Source of the DNA: Bacteroidales bacterium
GTDB lineage: Bacteria; Bacteroidota; Bacteroidia; Bacteroidales; VadinHA17
Length of the DNA: 32,274 bases
Assembly (NCBI GenBank): GCA_003162595.1
Contig: PMNJ01000174.1
Coordinates: 5,458 to 37,731, forward strand
Reading direction: 5' to 3'
This document shows positions 27,248 to 32,274 of this stretch, one piece after another. The notes under the pieces are model-generated. The model was not told where the DNA came from. It searched no databases and worked only from the letters and a program-made list of their open reading frames with translations. A program made the position numbers and the translations under genes. Position 1 is the stretch's first letter; every line of letters starts with the position of its first letter.

Positions 27248-28900
27248 ATGACATTTATTGACACCTCTGCAAAGTCAACCGTAACTGCCTTTAATAAAGG
27301 AAATCCGGTATATATAATGGCCCTTACACTGGTTGCTACATTAGGAGGGCTATTGTTCGGATATGATACTGCTGTGGTAAATGGTGCTGAAAAATCGCTT
27401 GTTGAACTGTTTATTACAAAGATTTTCAATCCTGAAAACCATGAGTATACACTTAAACTCATCAGTCAATATAAACTTCTGATGACACTTACAATTTATC
27501 TGGTTTTCCTGGTTATCTCTGGTCAGATTATCAGATTATTGGGTCTGAAAAAGGGAGGATCGATCAGTGCAGTTCTCATCGTAGCTGTCACAATTTGGGC
27601 TGTAAGTTTCCTAAGTAAGTCAATTCCTACAGAAGGGTCCGCCTTACAGGATACTGCCGATATAATAAAAGGGTTTGTAATTGCAAGTGCACTAATAGGT
27701 TGTGTAATAGGTGGAGCTTTAGCTGGGTTTATCTCCAAGTCGCTTGGCAGGAAAAACGGCTTGATCATCGCAGCGATTGCATTTTTTCTTTCAGCAATTG
27801 GAGCATGGAAACCTGAATTCTTTAATGTTTTTGGTACCCTTCCCGTTTTTTCATTTTTTTTCTATAGAATAATCGGAGGTATTGGTGTAGGTATAGCTTC
27901 AATGATCTCTCCCATGTATATTGCAGAAATTGCTCCGGCAAATATCCGCGGTAAACTGGTTTCATGGAACCAGTTTGCAATTATTTTTGGTATGCAGGTC
28001 ATTTATTTTGTCAACTATTATATTGCAAAACAGGGAAATGATCAATGGCTCGTTAATGAAGGGTGGCGTTGGATGTTCTTATCCGGAGCCATTCCTGCAG
28101 GATTATTTCTGATCCTATTGTTCTTTGTACCTGAAACACCCCGGTATCTTGTTATGAAAGGCAAGGATGACAGGGCTTTGAAAGTGCTCAATAAAATCTC
28201 GGGCAGCGATAACGCACCTGCTATTCTGCAGGAGATTAAAGGAACTATTCATGAAAAGAGTGCACCATGGCTTTCATTTGGTTTTTTCGTAATTTTTGTT
28301 GGTATATTGCTCTCAGTCTTCCAGCAGTTTGTCGGTATAAATGTTGTGTTATATTATGCAGGGAACATCTTCAGGAATATGGGAGCCTCAACAAATAGTT
28401 CTCTTTTGCAAACAATCATAGTTGGTATTGTGAACCTGACCTTTACTGTTCTGGCTATTATGACTGTTGATAAATTCGGAAGGAAACCTCTTATGATTAT
28501 TGGGGCATTAGGTATGGCAGTCAGCATGATCGCTCTTGGTTTGTCTTTCTACACACATAATGAAGGTGTTGTCGCACTCATTTTCATGCTTATGTACACA
28601 GCTTTCTTTGCTATGAGCTGGGGACCTGTTACCTGGGTGCTTCTGTCTGAGATATTCCCTAATAGTATTAGGGGGGCCATGTCAATTGCCGTAGCCGCCC
28701 AATGGATTGCAAACTGGTTAATTTCTCTTTCATTTCCAATTTTGAACGATAACCAATGGCTTACCAAACAGTTCAACCACGGATTTTCATATTGGATATA
28801 TGGAATAATGGGAATTTTAGCTGCTCTGTTTGTCTGGAAACTGGTTCCCGAAACTAAAGGAAAGACATTGGAAGAAATTGAAAAACTTTGGAAAAAATAG
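27248..28900 (+). CDS. xylE: MFS sugar porter, D-xylose:H+ symporter XylE homologue with an insertion in the TM1-TM2 loop
   Basis: 550 aa. Long stretches near-identical to E. coli XylE as I remember it (LVATLGGLLFGYDTAV, YRIIGGIGVGxASMxSPMYIAExAPAxIRGKLVSxNQFAIIFG, FQQFVGINVVLYYA, LQTIIVGxxNLTFTVLAIMTVDKFGRKPL, MSWGPVxWVLLSEIFPN, GFSYWIYG..PETKGKTLEExE). Confidence 0.92.
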   Translation: MTFIDTSAKSTVTAFNKGNPVYIMALTLVATLGGLLFGYDTAVVNGAEKSLVELFITKIFNPENHEYTLKLISQYKLLMTLTIYLVFLVISGQIIRLLGLKKGGSISAVLIVAVTIWAVSFLSKSIPTEGSALQDTADIIKGFVIASALIGCVIGGALAGFISKSLGRKNGLIIAAIAFFLSAIGAWKPEFFNVFGTLPVFSFFFYRIIGGIGVGIASMISPMYIAEIAPANIRGKLVSWNQFAIIFGMQVIYFVNYYIAKQGNDQWLVNEGWRWMFLSGAIPAGLFLILLFFVPETPRYLVMKGKDDRALKVLNKISGSDNAPAILQEIKGTIHEKSAPWLSFGFFVIFVGILLSVFQQFVGINVVLYYAGNIFRNMGASTNSSLLQTIIVGIVNLTFTVLAIMTVDKFGRKPLMIIGALGMAVSMIALGLSFYTHNEGVVALIFMLMYTAFFAMSWGPVTWVLLSEIFPNSIRGAMSIAVAAQWIANWLISLSFPILNDNQWLTKQFNHGFSYWIYGIMGILAALFVWKLVPETKGKTLEEIEKLWKK

Positions 28901-28901
28901 G

Positions 28902-28932
28902 GCTTCAGCTGAATTTTGTAGCTGATTGAAGC
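28902..28932 (+). terminator. Bulged hairpin after xylE (weak terminator candidate)
   Basis: GCTTCAGCT ... AGCTG(ATTG)AAGC: 5-bp inner and 4-bp outer stems with a 4-nt bulge. No T-tract. Confidence 0.3.
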
Positions 28933-28950
28933 TCTTCGCAGCAAGCAACG

Positions 28951-29076
28951 GATGATGTAGTAATTAATTATGTGGTGAAATAAAAAATTAATTGACTGGT
29001 GTTTAATAATTGTGTAAATTAGTCAATGTCTTTGATTTATAGTTAATTATTAAAACAAAATCCAATCTTATGAAAA
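28951..29076 (+). repeat. Copy A of a ~126-nt duplicated 5' region (runs into the start codon of the esterase gene)
   Basis: About 8 differences over ~126 nt against 30427..30553, by manual alignment. Contains the inverted repeat ATTGACT-N23-AGTCAAT. Confidence 0.9.
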
Positions 29077-30302
29077 CATTTCAGGTAATTGCAATAATTG
29101 CTTTGCTTTTGTTTTCTTCAATCTTAATGCAGGCGCAAAATGGACAAACTCAATCCAAGCAAATAGTAATTGGTACTAAAGACATCATTCACTCCAAAAT
29201 TTTAAATGAGCAACGAGAAATTTGGGTTTACGTCCCAAGTAGTGCATCAGATACGACATTTTCAAAACAACGTTACCCTGTAGTCTACCTCTTAGATGGC
29301 GATGACCACTTCTCTTCAGTTGTGGGTATGATTCAACAATTAAGTTCTGCATATGTTTGTCCAGAAATGATTGTTGTGGGAATCCCTAATACATACAGAA
29401 CAAGAGATTTGACACCGACACATATGAATTCATGGCAATTTCTCAATTTTGTTGCTGATAGCGATTTTTGCAAAACTTCAGGAGGGGGTGAAAAATTTAT
29501 TTCATTTATCGAAAAAGAATTAATGCCACACATCGACTCATTATATCCAACTGCGCCCTATAGAATGTTCATTGGTCATTCTTTCGGTGGCTTGACAATA
29601 ATAAATGCTTTAGTTCATCATACTGCTTTATTTAATGCTTATGTTGCCATTGACCCTGCTATGTCATGGGACAATCAAAAACTTTTAAAAGAATCTAAAA
29701 AGGCATTGGCTAATAATGATTACTCAGGAGTGTCTTTGTTTTTGGGGATAGCCAATACAATGCCTGTAGGAATGGATACCATAAAGGTCAAAAAAGATAC
29801 GAATAAAAGTACTGAACATATCCGTTCCATTTTTGAATTGAGAAACTATCTAAGCAGCAACAAACAAAATCAATTAAAATATGCATGGAAATATTACAAC
29901 AATGATGAACATAACTCAGTTCCCCTTAATGCTGAATATGATGCACTACGTTTTATTTTCAATTACTATCATGTAAGTCAGTTTTATAATGATTACAAGA
30001 ATATAGAACATCTTTTTGAAAACGTGACTAAACAATTTGGCTATAAAGTAAAACCACCTGAAGGATTGGTGAATTCCTTGGCTTATTTTCAGTTAATTTT
30101 TAAACGATTTGAAGATGCATTATATTTATTCAAATTGAATATCAGCAATTATCCAGATAGTTGGAATGCGTATGATTCTCTCGGTGATTATTATGATGCT
30201 ACTGGCGATAAAGCAAATGCGATAGATAATTATAAAAAAGCACTATCAATTAAAGAAGCACCCGATACACGGAAGAAGTTGGAAAAACTTCAAGGCAAAT
30301 AA
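29070..30302 (+). CDS. Secreted alpha/beta-hydrolase esterase (PF00756 / CE1-like) with C-terminal TPR repeats
   Basis: 410 aa. Signal peptide. YPVVYLLDGDDHF, nucleophile elbow GHSFGG, FISFIEKELMPHID. The C-terminal ~90 aa is TPR-like (WNAYDSLGDYYDATGDKANAIDNYKKALSI). Confidence 0.8.
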   Translation: MKTFQVIAIIALLLFSSILMQAQNGQTQSKQIVIGTKDIIHSKILNEQREIWVYVPSSASDTTFSKQRYPVVYLLDGDDHFSSVVGMIQQLSSAYVCPEMIVVGIPNTYRTRDLTPTHMNSWQFLNFVADSDFCKTSGGGEKFISFIEKELMPHIDSLYPTAPYRMFIGHSFGGLTIINALVHHTALFNAYVAIDPAMSWDNQKLLKESKKALANNDYSGVSLFLGIANTMPVGMDTIKVKKDTNKSTEHIRSIFELRNYLSSNKQNQLKYAWKYYNNDEHNSVPLNAEYDALRFIFNYYHVSQFYNDYKNIEHLFENVTKQFGYKVKPPEGLVNSLAYFQLIFKRFEDALYLFKLNISNYPDSWNAYDSLGDYYDATGDKANAIDNYKKALSIKEAPDTRKKLEKLQGK

Positions 30303-30325
30303 GAAATGCTAATTGCAATTATTGT

Positions 30326-30465
30326 AATTGAATGCTCCAAATTATTAAATTTTGGGGCATTTATATTTTATTAACACATTAATATACTGATAAATAACTA
30401 CATTCTTGCCGCATCAGATTTTATTGAATGATGCAGTAGTTAATTATATTGTGAAATAAAAAATT
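30326..30465 (+). repeat. Intergenic terminator module, copy 1 (homologous to 31059..31198)
   Basis: Roughly three-quarters identical by eye to 31059..31198. Starts AATTGAATGCTCCAAAT, includes the 30331-30361 hairpin and a second hairpin GCATCA..TGATGC. Confidence 0.75.
30331..30361 (+). terminator. Hairpin terminator after the esterase gene
   Basis: AATGCTCCAAA / TTTGGGGCATT, 11 bp with one G:U pair and a 9-nt loop, followed by TATATTTTATT. Confidence 0.6.
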
Positions 30466-30553
30466 AATTGACTTGTGTTTAATAATTGTGTAAATTAGTC
30501 AATGTCGTTGATTTATAGTTAATTATTAAAAACCAAATCCAATCTTATGAAAA
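30427..30553 (+). repeat. Copy B of the duplicated 5' region (runs into the start codon of the 165-aa gene)
   Basis: See 28951..29076. The same ATTGACT-N23-AGTCAAT inverted repeat is conserved. Confidence 0.9.
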
Positions 30554-31044
30554 AATCCTTATTAATTCTTGTGATTGCTGGATTTCTGGCAATTGGCTTA
30601 TCAGAAGTTCAGGCTCAAACCACACAAACAAAACTTAACCAAGTTGAGTTATTGAAACAGTTCTTGGGTTCATGGAAATGGGATGCTGGTAAAGACACAA
30701 CTGGCTATTATGATGCGAAATCTTATGGAACAGGACTTGAAGGAAATCTCAGATTTGTTACCAATGGAAAAACATATACCGAAGGGAAACAACTTATGGG
30801 TTATGACAAAAGTTCTGATAAGTTGATTCAATCTCAAATGCTTAAAGGGCGAAATATTGGTTGTTATGCCTATTATTTTATTACAAACAAGAAATATGAA
30901 ATTATTCCATATAGTGATATTTCTAATCCTGAAAAAGCACCTTGGAAATGTGAGGGCGAATTTACATCACCTGATACGTATGTTGAAACTACGATAGTAA
31001 AGAATAAACCCCCTGAGATTGTTACTTTTACACGGGTAAAATAG
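30547..31044 (+). CDS. Small secreted protein, function unknown
   Basis: 165 aa. Signal peptide MKKSLLILVIAGFLAIGLSEVQAQ. No confident family; beta-rich composition. Confidence 0.65.
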   Translation: MKKSLLILVIAGFLAIGLSEVQAQTTQTKLNQVELLKQFLGSWKWDAGKDTTGYYDAKSYGTGLEGNLRFVTNGKTYTEGKQLMGYDKSSDKLIQSQMLKGRNIGCYAYYFITNKKYEIIPYSDISNPEKAPWKCEGEFTSPDTYVETTIVKNKPPEIVTFTRVK

Positions 31045-31058
31045 GAAATTTGAATATA

Positions 31059-31198
31059 AATTGAATGCTCCAAATCCTTATATTTTGGGGCATTTAATAT
31101 TTATAAAGCATTAATAGACAAATATACAACTATCATTTTACCACATCAGCATTTTTTGGATGTTGCTATTAGTTAAAATGTGGTGAATTGAATGTAAT
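31059..31198 (+). repeat. Intergenic terminator module, copy 2
   Basis: Homologous to 30326..30465. Contains the hairpin at 31064-31094 and ends in TAGTTAAAATGTGGTGAATT, which matches the first ~20 nt of the duplicated 5' region. Confidence 0.75.
31064..31094 (+). terminator. Hairpin terminator after the 165-aa gene
   Basis: Same stem sequences as 30331-30361 (AATGCTCCAAA / TTTGGGGCATT) with a different loop. Confidence 0.6.
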
Positions 31199-31379
31199 TC
31201 TTTAAATCAAAGATACTGCATCAAATCAAAGATGCCGTTTCGCAGTAAATGACTAACCTTCAAAGCCAATCAAAAATATTTATAATGACTTGCTTGACTT
31301 CGGCTTTATACTGGCATAACTTGCATTAAATTTTTGACTTACAATTATTTTGTTTTAACATTAACTAAAACTTAATCAT

Positions 31380-31856
31380 ATGAAAAAAATGTATTTTACT
31401 CTAATAATTGCAACTGTGCTTCTCTCCATTTTTGGATGCACTCAGAAGCACAGTGACCAATTGACCCGACAACAAATAGAGCAAATTAAAAGCGAGTTAA
31501 AAGCAGTGTGTGACAGTTTTGATGTGAAATGGGCGGAGTTGGATGATGTGGGAGCCTTAAAGTACTATTCTACTGATATGAAATCTATTGACAGCAGTTC
31601 ACTATCAGATTTTCAAGGGGAAAAGAGACTTTGGGAAGGAGTCAAAGACATAGCCACCATGAAAATTGAACCTATTTACCTTGATTTCATAGTCCTCACG
31701 AAGGACTTGGCTATTTCTGCATGGGTTAACAAATTAAAATATGTGATGAAATCAGGAGACACGTTACAAATTAACAAAAAAGCATATACAAATATCTGGA
31801 AAAAGAGTAATGGTCAATGGAAAATAATCTACGAACATGGTTCTTCATTTAATTGA
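31380..31856 (+). CDS. Lipoprotein, NTF2-like/SnoaL-DUF4440-type domain
   Basis: 158 aa. Lipoprotein signal MKKMYFTLIIATVLLSIFGC. C-terminal WKKSNGQWKIIYEHGS is typical of DUF4440/NTF2-like proteins. Confidence 0.65.
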   Translation: MKKMYFTLIIATVLLSIFGCTQKHSDQLTRQQIEQIKSELKAVCDSFDVKWAELDDVGALKYYSTDMKSIDSSSLSDFQGEKRLWEGVKDIATMKIEPIYLDFIVLTKDLAISAWVNKLKYVMKSGDTLQINKKAYTNIWKKSNGQWKIIYEHGSSFN

Positions 31857-32115
31857 TACAAAAGGCGGGACAGAAATAAAACCTGTTATATCACAAATTA
31901 TTCAATTTGTAAAGGATTCGCTAAAATCATTTGAATCCTCTGAGATTCATTGTTTCAGAGCATTTCGTTCTTATATAACATTAATATACAGGCATTTAAA
32001 AGTATTTATACCTTATCATTCTACGTCTGAGAATGCGCTCGTGGGTGGTGGCATCAATGGAATCAGACTGTTTAGGGAACTGGCGATGCAGGTGTGAACT
32101 GTAACGTTCTGTTTC

Positions 32116-32274
32116 TTATAAACGGATTCCCATCACCGTAATATCATCTGTCTGAATATTATCTCCCATCCATTCCTTTAGATTTTTTTCCAGCGCTTCT
32201 TTTTGTATAATCATTGGTCTTCTATGAATGTCTAACAACAACGTATAAAATCTGTGTACAAAATACTTCCTGTC
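32116..32274 (-). CDS. 3' end (partial, 52 codons + stop) of a SpoIIE/PP2C-type phosphatase-domain protein
   Basis: Manual minus-strand translation gives DRKYFVHRFYTLLLDIHRRPMIIQKEALEKNLKEWMGDNIQTDDITVMGIRL*, open to the window edge. The terminal QTDDITVMGIRL resembles the conserved C-terminus of SpoIIE-family phosphatases. Absent from the ORF track because it is under 60 aa. Confidence 0.45.
   Translation of the reverse strand, partial: DRKYFVHRFYTLLLDIHRRPMIIQKEALEKNLKEWMGDNIQTDDITVMGIRL

Noticed and set aside
12027-28944. Nested or antisense ORFs inside the PUL-B genes, including the larger ones at 12027-12431, 16687-16989, 18781-19239, 23741-24187, 24317-24688, 25773-26180 and 28549-28944
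   Set aside because: Each overlaps a much longer ORF with strong homology signatures on the other strand or frame. None has a plausible start context, signal peptide or known motif.
28989-29024. E. coli-like TTGACT-N17-TAAATT promoter in the duplicated 5' region, taken as a sign of a non-Bacteroidota host or foreign DNA
   Set aside because: All coding content (SusC/SusD, lipoprotein signals, ECF/FecR/STN) is Bacteroidota-typical, and Bacteroidota sigma-A does not use this consensus. The match is kept only as a note within the repeat finding.
31837-32097. 86-aa plus-strand ORF overlapping the end of the DUF4440-like gene
   Set aside because: It overlaps the preceding CDS by 20 nt, has no recognisable domain or signal, and sits in the convergent spacer before the minus-strand SpoIIE-like gene end. 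Probably non-coding, though this is not provable by eye.
1-32274. Search for CRISPR arrays, tRNA/rRNA genes, transposases, integrases, toxin-antitoxin or defence-system genes
   Set aside because: No short periodic repeat-spacer arrays, cloverleaf-like GC-rich segments, DDE/tyrosine-recombinase motifs or nuclease/ATPase defence signatures were seen on either strand. The window is metabolic (glycan utilisation) throughout.

Overview
Bacteroidota-type chromosomal segment: AT-rich, with SusC/SusD pairs, lipoprotein signals and TAnnTTTG-type -7 boxes. It is dominated by two back-to-back polysaccharide utilization loci (PULs). PUL-A (minus strand, 205-9396) encodes a SusC-like TonB-dependent transporter, a SusD-like lipoprotein, a Big_5+LamG lipoprotein of the surface-glycan-binding type, and two tandem paralogous GH144/glucoamylase-family (alpha/alpha)6 hydrolases, which are candidate endo-beta-1,2-glucanases. 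PUL-B (plus strand, 9873-28900) encodes an ECF sigma factor, a FecR-type anti-sigma factor, an STN-domain SusC, a SusD, a GH3, a clan GH-A beta-galactosidase-like enzyme, a YicI-type GH31, an unclassifiable 625-aa secreted protein, a Tat-signal right-handed beta-helix protein, and a XylE-type sugar:H+ symporter with an extra two-helix insertion. The last 3.4 kb holds three small secreted-protein genes (esterase-TPR, unknown, DUF4440-like lipoprotein) separated by recycled, near-identical intergenic modules, followed by the 3' end of a convergent SpoIIE/PP2C-like gene. I recognised no rRNA, tRNA, CRISPR array, transposase or integrase. The best candidates for something undescribed are: (1) the 625-aa protein and the Tat beta-helix protein at the distal end of a PUL that otherwise lacks any endo-acting enzyme; (2) the duplicated ~126-nt 5' region and terminator modules around 28.9-31.2 kb; (3) the 14-helix XylE variant; (4) the sigma/anti-sigma pair split by a terminator-like hairpin. 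All family assignments come from reading motifs by eye. No searches were run, so functional calls are hypotheses.
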